NCBI GenBank assembly: GCA_002269645.1
Contig: NIVC01001415.1
Span: 101,557-145,804, forward strand
Origin: Macrostomum lignano
Lineage: Eukaryota
Reading direction: 5' to 3'
Length of the DNA stretch: 44,248 nt
Shown: piece by piece, positions 22,520-36,000 of the stretch
Layout: the number at the start of each line of letters is the position of its first letter
How positions within the stretch are numbered: the first letter of the stretch is position 1
Notes under the pieces: generated by a model
Databases searched by the model: none
What the model saw: only the letters and a program-made list of their open reading frames with translations
What the model was told of the DNA's origin: nothing
Made by a program: the position numbers and the translations under genes

Positions 22520-24125
22520 TCAGATTTCTCCCCTCAGCTCTCGCCTCTCCTCTCTCATCTCCATTCTCTCCTCTCCTCTCTTCTCCTCTCAGCTCTCGCC
22601 TCTCCTCTCTCATCTCCCCTCTCTCCTCTCCTCTCTCCCCTCAGCTCTCGCCTCTCCTCTCTCATCTCCCCTCTCTCCTCTCCTCTCTTCTCCTCTCAGC
22701 TCTCGCCTCTCCTCTCTCATCTCCCCTCTCTCCTCTCCTCTCTCCCCTCAGCTCTCGCCTCTCCTCTCTCATCTCCCCTCTCTCCTCTCCTCTCTTCTCC
22801 TCTCAGCTCTCACCTCTCCTCTCTCATCTCCCCTCTCTCCTCTCCTCTCTCCCCTCAGCTGTGGCCTCTCCTCTCTCATCTCCCCTCTCTCCCCTCAGCT
22901 CTCGCCTCTCCTCTCTCATCTCCCCTCTCTCCCCTCAGCTGTGGCCTCTCCTCTCTCATCTCCCCTCTCTCCCCTCAGCTCTCGCCTCTCCTCTCTCATC
23001 TCCCCTCTCTCCCCTCAGCTCTCGCCTCTCCTCTCTCATCTCCCCTCTCTCCTCTCCTCTCTCCCCTCAGCTCTCGCCTCGCCTCTCTCATCTCCCCTCT
23101 CTCCTCTCCTCTCTCCCCTCAGCTCTCGCCTCGCCTCTCTCATCTCCCCTCTCTCCTCTCCTCTCTCCCCTCAGCTCTCGCCTCTCCTCTCTCATCTCCC
23201 CTCTCTCCCCTCAGCTCTCGCCTCGCCTCTCTCATCTCCCCTCTCTCCTCTCCTCTCTCCCCTCAGCTCTCGCCTCGCCTCTCTCATCTCCCCTCTCTCC
23301 TCTCCTCTCTCCCCTCAGCTCTCGCCTCTCCTCTCTCATCTCCCCTCTCTCCCCTCAGCTCTCGCCTCTCCTCTCTCATCTCCCCTCTCTCCTCTCCTCT
23401 CTCCCCTCAGCTCTCGCCTCTCCTCTCTCATCTCCCCTCTCTCCTCTCCTCTCTCCCTCAGCTCTCGCCTCTCCTCTCTCATCTCCCCTCTCTCCTCTCC
23501 TCTCTCCCCTCAGCTCTCGCCTCTCCTCTCTCATCTCCCCTCTCTCCTCTCCTCTCTCCCCTCAGCTCTCGCCTCTCCTCTCTCATCTCCCCTCTCTCCT
23601 CTCCTCTCTCCCCTCAGCTCTCGCCTCTCCTCTCTCATCTCCCCTCTCTCCTCTCCTCTCTCCCCCCAGCTCTCGCCTCTCCTCTCTCATCTCCCCTCTC
23701 TCCTCTTCTCTCTCCCCTCAGCTCTCGCCTCTCCTCTCTCATCTCCCCTCTCTCCTCTCCTCTCTCCCCTCAGCTCTCGCCTCGCCTCTCTCATCTCCCC
23801 TCTCTCCTCTCCTCTCTCCCCTCAGCTCTCGCCTCTCCTCTCTCCCCTCAGCTCTCGCCTCTCCTCTCTCATCTCCCCTCTCTCCTCTCCTCTCTCCCCT
23901 CAGCTCTCTCCTCTCCTCTCTCCCCTCAGCTCTCGCCTCTCCTCTCTCCCCTCAGCTCTCGCCTCTCCTCTCTCATCTCCCCTCTCTCCTCTCCTCTCTC
24001 CCCCCAGCTCTCGCCTCTCCTCTCTCATCTCCCCTCTCTCCTCTCCTCTCTCCCCTCAGCTCTCGCCTCTCCTCTCTCATCTCCCCTCTCTCCTCTCCTC
24101 TCTTCTCCTCTCAGGTCTCGCTCTC
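22520..24125. repeat. CT-rich polypyrimidine satellite (CTCAGCTCTCGCCTCTCCTCTCTCATCTCCCCT...)
   Basis: Variable-length tandem units; the Ser/Leu/Pro ORFs are artefacts. Confidence 0.95.
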
Positions 24126-24584
24126 TCATAACTTCGGATTCATTTTGCCCCCATGGTAGTTCCTGGGGTGCAACTGGTGTGGCGTCCATTTTGCTATTTC
24201 TGTTCGAATGTCTTGAATATTCATTCAGCCGAAACCGGTCGAGTTTTAAAAATGGATAAATAAATTGTTCCTCCGGAGCTTTTTAATTGGACACTGAACT
24301 GCTACGGGTTTCTTAACACTTTAAGCATCCTCAAAAACCTTTTAGGGGGGGGGTCTCCCACCAACAACATCACCAGCAGCAACATTTTCCACCAGATTAA
24401 GCACCAGGCAAAGTAGTGCTTTACAATTTAATGCCACCATTCGTATTTAGTGTCTTTATGTGGCGCATTCTTCGTGTATAGAGAGCTCTATTCAGATAAA
24501 TATATTTGTGTTGTCAGAGCCTTCTAAACTTCTGACTGCAGTCGATGTGAATGATCCTTTAGGGTGTGCATCAGCCCTTAGGCT

Positions 24585-25145
24585 TAGCTGGAGGTTGAGC
24601 TGGAGGTTGAGCTGGAGGCTCAGCTGGAGGTTCAGCTGAAGGTTGAGCTGAAGGCTCAGCTGGAGGTTCAGCTGGAGGCTCAGCTGGAGGCTCAGCTGAA
24701 AGTTGAGCTGGAGGTTCAGCTGGAGGTTCAGCTGGAGGTTCAGCTGGAGGTTCAGCTGGAGGTTCAGCTGGAGGCTCAGCTGGAGGTTCAGCTGGAGGTT
24801 CAGCTGGAGGCTCAGTTGGAGACTTAGCTGGATGTTCAGCTGGAGGTTCAGCTGAAGGCTTAGCTGGAAGTTCAGCTGGAGGTTCAGCTGAAGGCTTAGC
24901 TGGAAGTTCAGCTGGAGGTTCAGCTGAAGGCTTAGCTGAAATTTGAGCTGGAGGTTCAGCTGGAGGTTCAGCTGGAGACTTAGCTGGAAGTTCAGCTGGA
25001 GGTTCAGCTGGAGGTTCAGCTGGAGGTGCAGCTGGAGGTTCAGCTAGAGGTTCAGCTAGAGGTTCAGCTGGAGGTTCAGCTGGAGGCTTAGCAGGAAATT
25101 TAGCTGGAAGTTTAGCTGGAAACTTACCTGGAGGCTTAGCGAGAG
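24585..25145. repeat. 12-bp minisatellite (CAGCTGGAGGTT)
   Basis: Directly visible. Confidence 0.93.
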
Positions 25146-25642
25146 GCAGCTCAGCTATCTAGATAGATAAAAGTGGGAACTGCAGCTCGGCACGTTCTGT
25201 CTAACCCCACAATCTTGTGCAGAACTCATCCAGCAGCCCAACTCCAGCTGATTCCGTGTCATACGCTTTGCTTGGGTGAAAGCAGCGAGGGTTAACATGT
25301 ACATGCGGAACACAAGTCCAGCTGGACTTGGCAACAGTTTCACAGGAAGAGCAATGCAAAAGTTTCTGTCTGTTTACACACCTAAACCTATCTGTTGAAA
25401 CTTCAATGCTTAAAATGCAAAAAACGACTTCAGTTGCGCAGGAATGCACTGGACAAGAATGCTGAGCTAATAACCGAATTCCTGAAAGTAAAAGAAAGAA
25501 ACAATCTACCATATTTTCAGTGTCTACGTGAAAAAAATAAATTCAGAAAAATGAATTTTTTAATTTAACTTTGAAAAAATTCATTCCGCCGAAAAGAAGA
25601 TATTCTAAGTTATTTAGACCTACGAACGTGTACGAGCTACAA

Positions 25643-25707
25643 TGACGTGGCAGAGACACTATTAGAATCAATCGACCAGAAGCACACAGCTGGCGAGTCT
25701 TTATAAG
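25643..25707 (+). promoter_or_regulatory. Putative core promoter of the fibrinogen-domain gene (TGACGTGG CRE/UPRE-like site plus TATAAG)
   Basis: TGACGTGG at 25643-25650 and TATAAG at 25702-25707, about 85 bp upstream of the ATG; motif match only. Confidence 0.35.
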
Positions 25708-25789
25708 CAGCAGCGCTTTTCGCCACTTCAAATGATCCAATCTCTAAGGACCAAAGCGATTCCAATCAGAAAATCTTCAGTAGCCAGCC

Positions 25790-27126
25790 ATGCAACTCCG
25801 CTCTGCGCTGATTGTCCTTGTTCTCTGGCTGTCCGTCGCACAGAGGACCTCCGCCTCTGAGTTCTCGGTGGACTTCTTGAAGCAGCCTGCGAGCCTGAAG
25901 TACAACTCATTCTATGATAAGTTCGAGCTCTCACTAGACCTCAATATCACTGACTCATTCCAACAGCTTCTCAATGGTCTGAAAGTGATTCCTGAAAGTG
26001 GAATGCTGAGTAAAGACTTCGGTGCTATCATGATGTGTAGAGTGTCCAGCGATGGAACAGCCGGTCAGCTGGTATTTCTGTGCAACAGCTTCAAAAGCTG
26101 TTTGAATATAAGGAGAAGAATCTCTGCGGACCCTTCCTATCTCCAGAAGGCTGTGCGATTCGCGCCCGGCGGCTCTCAGTTCTACACTGTCCGATCCAAA
26201 ACCAGCCCTGTGCCCAGCCCTAAAGCCGGCCCTAAGGTGGTCTTCCAGCAACACCTGGACAACAGCCTCTCGTTCGCACAGAACTGGGACACCTACGTTA
26301 CGGGATTCGGAGATCTCAGTGGCAACTACTGGATGGGTGAGTGGCCTGGGTGACTCAGCCCAATTGAGTGATGACCCTTTGCAATTCAAGAGTCTTGTGA
26401 GAAGCAGTGAGCAGGAACTGGTGAGAACAAGAGGCAGAGGCAACATTTAGGGAGTCAGACTGTCAGTTGGCTCAAGATAGGAGTCAACAAGGGAGGGGAA
26501 GAGGGAATTTTGAAGATTTCAAGAAGACCATAAAGCTGCCAAATTCGCCGAAATCGGTTTTAAAGCTCTGCTTGACAAGTAGGAGAATGCGAGTTTAATC
26601 CTGAGACTCGAATTGCATCGGGAGAAGTGCTGTTTCATGTCAGATTATCCAGTAATTGCAGAGTCAGTCTGAACTCACCGATCCCGCAGGTCTGGAGCAG
26701 CTGTCAGCCATGACGAAGGACCGCAGCTGCAGTTTGACATTTGAAGGTATTAAAGTTCAGGGCTCACTGATGCGGGCGACTTTCAAGGGCTTTCAGGTGC
26801 GCGGAGCAAACGAGAGTTACAGGCTGATGCTCGGTGATCAGGAACCGGGTGGCGACCTCTATAGTAATGTAGCAGGGTATCACAACGGGTCAAAGTTCAG
26901 CACCTACAATAATGACAATGACAAGAATTCCGGTAGCTCATGCTCAAAATCTCAAGGACAAAATGCCGGTTGGTGGTTCAGATCCTGCCATTACCTAAAT
27001 CCAAACAGTTTGATTGCTGACAATGACGGGGTCGAGTGCTGGAAGTTCTGCTCAGCAGCTAAAGCTGGTACTTCAGCGAACTTTGTCTGCCTGAAGAGAA
27101 CACAGCTGTCCTTCAGCTGCACCTGA
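25790..27126 (+). CDS. Secreted fibrinogen-related domain protein (FReD; ficolin/angiopoietin-like C-terminus), 2 exons, ~327 aa
   Basis: Exons 25790-26336 and 26690-27126 (phase 1, G|gtgagt ... cccgcag|GT). Signal peptide MQLRSALIVLVLWLSVAQRTSA; FReD motifs VFQQHLDNSLSFAQNWDTYVTGFGDLSGNYWMGLE, FSTYNNDND, C..GWWFRSCHYLNPN. Confidence 0.92.
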
Positions 27127-27324
27127 CGCGAATCGCCCACTGCCGCGTTGGCTTTCGTTGGACGCTGCGAACTTCGCCGATACCCGACCTTCAGCTGATT
27201 GGCTCTTCTAACTGAAATGCACTGAGATGGGGATGTGCTGAGCTGGAGCTGAGCTGAGGCATTTTGACCTCAATGAATAAATGGTGGAGGCAGTTGCAAT
27301 CATTATTCAATTATTGCAGTTATC

Positions 27325-27329
<5 letters not shown>

Positions 27330-27388
<59 letters not shown>
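27330..27388. repeat. (AG)n microsatellite
   Basis: Directly visible. Confidence 0.97.
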
Positions 27389-27391
<3 letters not shown>

Positions 27392-27799
27392 ACAGACTGA
27401 ATGGGTAAAGCTGAATGAGATGGCAGTTGGCAGCAGAGGGATACTGAAGAGGAAAAGCAAATGAAATGAAAGGAAGAGATGGGATGCGGGATCGATGCGA
27501 ATATCGGGGAGGCAGAGAGATGGAGACGAGAGATAAGAAGGCGATGAAAGATCCAGAGACAGAGAGAAAGGACAAAGTGCGACAGGAAGGGAGAGTCAGG
27601 GGTCAGGTAAAAATACGCAGATTTGAGTTAAAGGGAGGCTCAGAGCTTGACTTTTTAAGATACAGACAGGTACAGAGAATCAGAGATACAGAAAATGGAC
27701 AAGTACTGCACGAAATGGTGAAGTATTCTAGAATAGTCTAGGGTATCAAATGGTCTGAATTGCAAACAGACACATTTATTGAAGGAATACTACAGTCGT

Positions 27800-29115
27800 G
27801 TATAATTGGCAGTGGTAGTCTACAAGTGCTATTGTCTCTGAGTATTGAATTGCAATTTTTTAAATTACGAAACAGTAATGTGACAGTGCTGTCATTAGGA
27901 TTTCTAATTTCTCTCGTAGGAAATGATGACGCGAAATGTGCTTCGAACGACTGTACTAAGATGGGTTTTTAGCTAAGGCAATGCAACCTTGATTGTATGC
28001 CCGTGATGGTGATGCAATCCATATGCTCTAGATGAAGTTCCAGTAGTAGTTGTCTTACCTAAATAGCTTTTTGAGTACGGCAAAAAGGACCATGTACTCG
28101 ACTTCCGTAGCTGCTAGGACCATTGAAGTCCATTGCAGTTCAATTATCTCTCTTGGCATAGAAGGAATAAGCCATCCATCCAGGTAGCGTGTACTTCAAG
28201 GAAGTACTGAAACTCACACCATGTCTTTAATTTTAAATTTGCGTTGCAGTTACTGTCTGATACTGTTAGCAACATATCATCCACATATACGCCAATTGCC
28301 TCTTGAGAGTTGGCACAGATGCATGTAACATAAAAATAAAAATAATTAATTACACCTGCCCCAATGAGCAGATGTGCAACCGACAGCTCAGCCGCAGCTA
28401 TTGCGCGGCGCGTCTGAAGACTGCATACGGCAGTTCAGTCCAAGGACTGGGGGTCGCCATCGCCACACACCCTCAATTACACCAGCTAACGCTGGCACCC
28501 ATTTTTCAGCTGGGTGAACTGAAGCAATGCAGAGTTGAGTATCTTGCTCAAAAACATAAATTGTTCCGAGTGGATCGAGAATCGAACCCTCGACCTTTCA
28601 GTCGTGAGTTTGACGCTCTAACCACTAGGCGATTCTTGACTTAGACTTAGGCGATTCAGTCACCATTGGTTCTGTATTTGTATGTAGTTGAAGTGTGTCC
28701 CGGTGATCCGATTCCTGCTCATTGAAACAGGACTCTTGAAATCATATTACTTGGACTTTTGAGTCAATTTTGTGACGCTTTTCTGTCAACACACGTGCTC
28801 TGGCTGTGCATTCGAATGCTCGCAGATGTTGAGGGTCTGTTCACCCTTTCCGCTACTCCATATACGGCACAGTATTCATAGTTTGGTGAATGATTCTGCT
28901 TTGGCCACAGAAGACTTTGAATTTGCCTGATGCATACTCTCCACCATTAATAACCCAAATGGATTTACCTATTTGATTTGTGACAGCTAGTACTTGAAAA
29001 TTTTTGAAGCTGTCCAAAACTTCCGACTGGTTTTTCAATAAATCAATGACTGTCACCAAAGTACTTTGCTCCTCCAATGGATTTGGTTTACATAGGACCG
29101 GACAATCGCTGTTTA
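27800..29115 (-). mobile_element. Decayed Ty1/copia LTR-retrotransposon pol remnant (integrase plus RNase H; RT largely absent), interrupted by a SINE
   Basis: Frameshifted minus-strand peptides: SD..GPM*TKSIGGAKYF-VTVID and KNQSEVLDSFKNFQ..NGGEYASGKFKVFC..IIHQT..VPY, AERVNR (integrase, 28700-29112); VLAATEVEYMVL and NQGCIALAKNPS*YSRSKHI..HHFLREK (RNase H, 27900-28130). INT before RH is the copia order. Confidence 0.85.
28330..28635 (-). mobile_element. tRNA-derived SINE (family 2) with a CORE/Meta-like central domain
   Basis: Minus head CCTAGTGGTTAGAGCG...GGGTTCGATTC (A/B boxes); centre TTGAGCAAGATACTCAACTCTGCATTGCTTCAGTTCACCCAGCTGAAAAATGGGTGCC; (TTTTTA)n tail. Confidence 0.8.
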
Positions 29116-29569
29116 TTTAGTAAGTAAGACTTTTATTTGATCCAAATCATAAATTACCTTAGGATCGATAATTTCTGCGACATAAAGAATAACATTTATT
29201 TGCATAGCATTTTTGTAGACGTTTACTTATAGTAGAGTAGTCAGAAAATTGCGCGATTACTTGAAACTTGTCAATTAATAAAAAACGGCCTTTTAAGGGC
29301 CCGCTGTCACAAAACAACACACGTCGTTTTGACTCCACATGCAGAGAGTATTTTTAGTCAAGCAAAATATTTGTAGCAAAAATAAATATGTTTCTGTCTA
29401 ACGCTAATCAGATAGAATAACAAATAAGTGGCTGATGCAAGAGTGATGCATGAGTTCACATGGTTCAGATCTTAGTCAAAGAAAATATTAGAATATGAGG
29501 CCAGTATGAAGGTTTAATAAGTTCATCAACCACAAAAGACGCGGATTAGACGCGAACTAAAATCGTTTG

Positions 29570-32500
29570 TCAGGCATTGCGCATAAAGGCGTCCAGCTTT
29601 GCTGTGAGATCTTTGACACTTGTTTCCAGCTCAGCGACTCTGAAATTGCAATTAGAAGTGGAATGTGGTAAGCCTGTTTGCCTCAGGCACCTCCAAGAAT
29701 GGCTTGTTAAAAGAGTTTAATGGAAACCAGATCTGAAGGAATCTGAGAGGAAGGGAAACCAGACCTGAAGGAATCTGAGAGGAAGGGAAACCAGACCTGA
29801 ATGGATCTGAAAGGAAAGGAAACCAGACCTGAATGGATCTGAGGGGAAGGGAAACCAGACCTGAAGGAATCTGAGGGGAAGGGAAACCAGACCTGAAGGA
29901 ATCTGAGAGGAAGGGAAACCAGACCTGAATGGATCTGAGAGGAAAGGAAAGCAGACCTGAACGGATCTGATGGGAAGGGAAACCAGACCTGAATGGGTCT
30001 GAGGGGAAGGGAAACCAGACCTGAAGGAATCTGAGGGGAAGGGAGACCAGGCCTGAACGGATCTGATGGGAAGGGAAACCAGACCTGAATGAGTCTGAGG
30101 GGAAGGGAAACCAGACCTGAATGGGTCTGAGGGGAAGGGAAACCAGACATGAAGGAATCTGAGGGGAAGGGAAAGCAGACCTGAATGGGTCTGAGGGGAA
30201 GGGAAACCAGACCTGAAGGAATCTGAGGGGAAGGGAAACCAGACCTGAATGGGTCTGAGGGGAAGGGAAACCAGACCTGAAGGAATCTGAGGGGAAAGGA
30301 AAGCAGACCTGAACGGATCTGATGGGAAGGGAAACCAGACCTGAATGGGTCTGAGGGGAAGGGAAACCAGACCTGAAGGAATCTGAGGGGAAGGGAAACC
30401 AGACCTGAATGGGTCTGAGGGGAAGGGAAACCAGACCTGAAGGAATCTGAGGGGAAGGGAAACCAGACCTGAATGGGTCTGAGGGGAAGGGAAACCAGAC
30501 CTGAAGGAATCTGAGGGGAAGGGAAACCAGACCTGAATGGGTCTGAGGGGAAGGAAACCAGACCTGAAGGAATCTGAGGGAAGGGAAACCAGACCTGAAG
30601 GAATCTGAGAGGAAGGGAAACCAGACCTGAATGGATCTGAGAGGAAAGGAAAGCAGACCTGAACGGATCTGATGGGAAGGGAAACCAGACCTGAATGGGT
30701 CTGAGGGGAAGGGAAACCAGACCTGAAGGAATCTGAGGGGAAGGGAGACCAGGCCTGAACGGATCTGATGGGAAGGGAAACCAGACCTGAATGGGTCTGA
30801 GGGGAAGGGAAACCAGACCTGAAGGAATCTGAGGGGAAGGGAGACCAGGCCTGAAGGAATCTGAGGGAAGGGAAACCAGACCTGAATGGGTCTGAGGGGA
30901 AGGGAAAGCAGACCTGAAGGAATCTGAGGGGAAGGGAAACCAGACCTGAATGGGTCTGAGGGGAAGGGAAACCAGACCTGAAGGAATCTGAGGGGAAGGG
31001 AAACCAGACCTGAATGGGTCTGAGGGGAAGGGAAACCAGACCTGAAGGAATCTGAGGGGAAGGGAAACCAGACCTGAATGGGTCTGAGGGGAAGGGAAAC
31101 CAGACCTGAATGAGGTCTGAGGGGAAGGGAAACCAGACCTGAAGGAATCTGAGGGGAAGGGAAACCAGACCTGAATGGGTCTGAGGTGAAGGGAAAGCAG
31201 ACCTGAATGAGTCTGAGGGAAGGGAAAGCAGACCTGAATGAGTCTGAGGGGAAGGGAAAGCAGACCTGAATGAGTCTGAGGGGAAGGGAAAGCAGACCTG
31301 AATGAGTCTGACCAGACCTGAAGGCATCCCTCAAGAATGAAGAACTGAGCTAAACTGATAAACCAGCATGCTGCAATCCAACCAGCTGAAAAAGTTTTCA
31401 ATTCCTCACCTGCGGCTCTGTTGCTGCACAGCCTCCCTCAGGCCTTCATCTCCAGTCTCAGATTTCTCTCCGCTCCCCTCGGCTCTCTGAGCAGTTTTGT
31501 AAGCTCGATAATCTTTCTCAAAGCTGCCCCTGAACACGGCTTTGAGTCCGGTGTAGGTGCGGTTGGGATAGACCTCCATGTGGGAGCGGTGGAACCGGCG
31601 CTGGAAATACCTGGGACAGTTGGTCTCCACCTCGTAGATTAGATTGATCTGAGCGACAGGTGTGCGCGGGTTGATTGATGAGTTTGGTAATTGGCTTTGC
31701 TCTGCTTGTAGCCCCCTTCACAATCATTTTAGTGCCCCTATAAGCTTCTCATGGCGCCTCTATAAGCTACTCATGGGGCTTCTATAAGCTACTCATGGCG
31801 CCTCTATAAGCTGCTCATGGCGCCCCTATCAGCTACTCATGGCGCATCTATAAGCTACTCATGGCGCATCTATAAGCTACTCATGGCGCATCTATTAGCT
31901 ACTCATGGCGCATCTACAAGCTACTCATGGCGCATCTATAAGCTACTCATGGCGCATCTACAAGCTACTCATGGCGCATCTACAAGCTACTCATGTCGCA
32001 TCTACAAGCTACTCATGGCGCCCCTATCAGCTTGACATCTCGCTCTCTATAAACTCCTTAAGCAATCCCATAACACCTTGTTAGACGAAGCATTCAACTA
32101 GCACATGCATTTATCGCACAAAGCTCTGCCACTGTCTACTAACAGTAGAAATAAAAGTAAAAAAGCCTCCCAAATAAAAATCAGTGCAGTACTTTTATAG
32201 CCAACAGTTGCAGCTCTGCATCGCGAGTGATGCCTTCAATGTCGCCGACTGCAATGCCGATCTGCAGTGTGATGAGGGAGTAACGTTTTTTCCATCTTGA
32301 ATACATAAACACACTACTTTTTTCTATTTAGTATGTTAAAATTAGTGGGAAAAATCTCACCAACAAGTTCATCAGCGCAATCGGCATGATGACTACAAAG
32401 GCAGTGAAGACGCATTGTACGGCAGTCTGAAAGCTGCCGTAATCAGCCGTAACAAAGTACGTGACGAACTCCAGCTCGCCGACTGTCATGTCGAATGTCT

Positions 32501-32584
32501 TCAGTATGGCGTAGGGCACCGTGCTGAAGGGCGTCTGGAGACGTTTGGGGACGAGGTGGCTGTCGATTAATGAAAAAACAAACT

Positions 32585-32662
<78 letters not shown>

Positions 32663-32668
32663 CCAACG

Positions 32669-32702
<34 letters not shown>

Positions 32703-32708
32703 CCAACG

Positions 32709-32746
<38 letters not shown>

Positions 32747-32752
32747 CCAACG

Positions 32753-32831
<79 letters not shown>

Positions 32832-32878
32832 TAATCAATCAATCAATCAATCAGTCAGTCAATCAATCAATCAATCAG

Positions 32879-32929
<51 letters not shown>

Positions 32930-32954
32930 GTCAGTCAATCAATCAATCAATCAG

Positions 32955-33023
<69 letters not shown>

Positions 33024-33042
33024 TAATCAATCAATCAATCAG

Positions 33043-33081
<39 letters not shown>

Positions 33082-36000
33082 GTCAATCAATCAGTCAATC
33101 AATCAATCAATCAGTCAATCAATCAATCAATCAGTCAATCAATCAATCTATCAATCAATCAGTGTACATGCCTGCCGATTTTTGAAGAGCCACTGTACAC
33201 CCTGTGTGAGCGTGGTCTCGCATGGTTTCAGGGTGTTGTTTAGCAGTGGTTTTACGGAGTGTTGTTTAGGGTACTGTCAGGGGCGTCACCACCTAAGAGA
33301 ACAGGGGCCGGTGGTGCATGCCCTTCCCCCCCCCCCAGTAAAAGCTATGGGGAACATGCCATTGCTTTGTCCCCCACCCAACTTGTGACCGTTGTGGGAA
33401 TCAATAATTTGGCTTCAGGCCGCTAAAATGAGTGTCTGCCTACCGGCGCCAAAATGAATGCCTGAGGGCGTTCTCAAAACAGCGGTTCTCAAAATAATGT
33501 ACGTGTAGGAGTTTAGTCATGCGAGTTCATGTAGAATTTTTGGCTTTGTCCCCCCCCCCACCATAAAATTCATGGCGACACCCTGGGTACTGTTTAAGCA
33601 TGCTATTTTCGGTTCAGTTGGCCACTCACCGAAGATCTCATGCTGGAATAAAATGCCATAGCGAAGGCCATAATGAAAAAGCAGAAGATGAGCAGCACTT
33701 TGACAAGCGAGGCCAACACTTTTTGAAACATCAGCGAGTACAGACCGGTGAATGATACGCTGAAATTAATCGGTTGTTCAACTGGATGATAGAGGGGAGC
33801 AAATCCAGCTGAGGTTTGCTCGAAATTCTCAATTTGCCTCTCACCACAGCTTGAGTAAAACAGCTTCCTAGTTTCAGTTCAGTAGCATAGAAGAATAGAT
33901 AAGCTATTTTATAAAAGTAAAGCCAGATTTGATAAGTTTAGAAGCCCAAGCTTGCAGGCGTAAACAGCTTGCTAATTGGTTCAGCAATAATGTACATTGG
34001 CCAGTCCACTGAAATGTACATGGCAGAATTCCGAGAAAGGCAATAAAAATTGGGGCGGGCGGGGGGTAGTGGGAAAGGCGCGGTTGGCGGGTTTAAGCTG
34101 GGGGGGGGGTAAGAGCCAATAAATGACCCTTTGCTGTAATTCTGAAATGCTTCTGTTTAACTCACTACTGAACTGAAAGTAGCTTACATGCAAATTTGCC
34201 GAGTGGCCCATCTAGCCGGATATAGTTATTCTAGTATCTGTGGTAATTGTTAACAATTTTATGATTTTATGACTCGATTTGCCTCACCACTCGATCTGGA
34301 ACAGCACCAGAGACCAGGCCAGCACGATGGACACCAGCCCGAACATCCAGTTCCACATGCACGGCTCCGAGTCCGGCGGGTACATGAACAGGAAGGTCGA
34401 GAAGTACAGGCTCAGGTAGAAGTACACCTCGATGCTCATGAAGTAGGACAGGCGCTGAAAGAGTTGTTGGGGAGGCCAGGAGTCATTTGCATCTTATCTC
34501 TACTTGTCTCATTACATCCAATCTCCCCTCATCTCATCTCATCTAATCTTATCTAATCTAATCTCATCTTACCTAATCTCATCTCATCTTATCTCATCTC
34601 ATCTCGTCTTATCTCATCTCATCTCATCTTATCTTATCATATCTCCTGTCATCTGATCTCATCTCATCTCACCTCATCCCGCCTCATCCCGCCCCATCTC
34701 ATCTCAACTCATCTCATCTCATCTTATCTCGTCTCATCTCAACTTAACCCATCATATCTCATTTCATCTCATCTCATCTCATCTTATCGCTTCTTATCTC
34801 ATCTTATTTCAATCCATCTCGTCCCTTCCCTTCCCTTCCTTCCCTCGTCTCATCCGTTATCTTATCGGATTTATCTGGCTCGTAATCTTCATCTTTTCTC
34901 TGTTATTTCCCCCTTATCTCAGCTCGCTTCATCAAAAGCTATCTAATCTCCTTAAGACTCAATCGCATCTCATCGGACTCCACCGCATCACTCTCGCAAA
35001 CAAAAAAACAGGCTCTAACTTCATCTAGAGTGTCTTATCTGCCTACGAATATTAACTGAAAGTGTAAGTGTATAAGCATACTACTACTAGATTGATAGTA
35101 GTACAAGTAGCAAGCATCAGCAGAAATCTGAACCTTATGAATCAGTTTGAGCAGCTCCAGCAGAATTCTGATCAACAGAAGGCAAGTGACCACCGACTTC
35201 TCCACAATGATTCTCCAATTGGTGAGTTTTGGTCTCTGAATCGGTTGGGAAAATGTTTGCACTTTTAATGACTTGGCCATCGCATTCCACTGGTGCCAAA
35301 CAGCATTTTGCTTACCCCAGAGCCCGATCCAAAACTGCTGGTAGCGTTGACTGGCTGCTTCTGAAAATGTGTTTTGTCATTTTTACATGTACATCAGATT
35401 TTGCTAAAAATTATAACTTTCTTTTTTCAATTAATGTCTCTTCTGTTTAGATTTAGCGCCCTTCACTGTTTAGATTTAGCGCCCTTCGCCCACTGATTAG
35501 ATTTGGCGCTTTTCACTGTTTAGATTTTGTACCATTAAAAGTTAGATTTGGCGCTCTTCACTGTTAAGATTTGGCGCTTTTCACTGTTTAGATTTGGCGC
35601 TCTTCACTGTTAAGATTTGGCGCTTTTCACTGTTTAGATTTGGCGCTCTTCACTGTTTAGATTTGGCGCTCTTCACTGTTTAGATTTGGTGGCCTTCACT
35701 GTTTAGATTTGGCGCCCTTCACTGTTTAGATTTGGCGCCCATCACTGTTTAGATTTGGTACCATTAAAAGTTAGATTTGGCGCTCTTCACTGTTTAGATT
35801 TGGCGCCTTCACTGTTTAGATTTGGCAGCCTTCACTGTTTAGATTTGGTGCCCTTCACTGTTTAGATTTGGTGCCCTTCACTGTTTAGAGTTGGCGGCCT
35901 TCACTGTTTAGATTTGGCGCCCTTCACTGTTTAGATTTGGTGCCTTTCACTGTTTAGATTTGGCGCCCTTCACTGTTTAGATTTAGCGCCCTTCGCCCAC

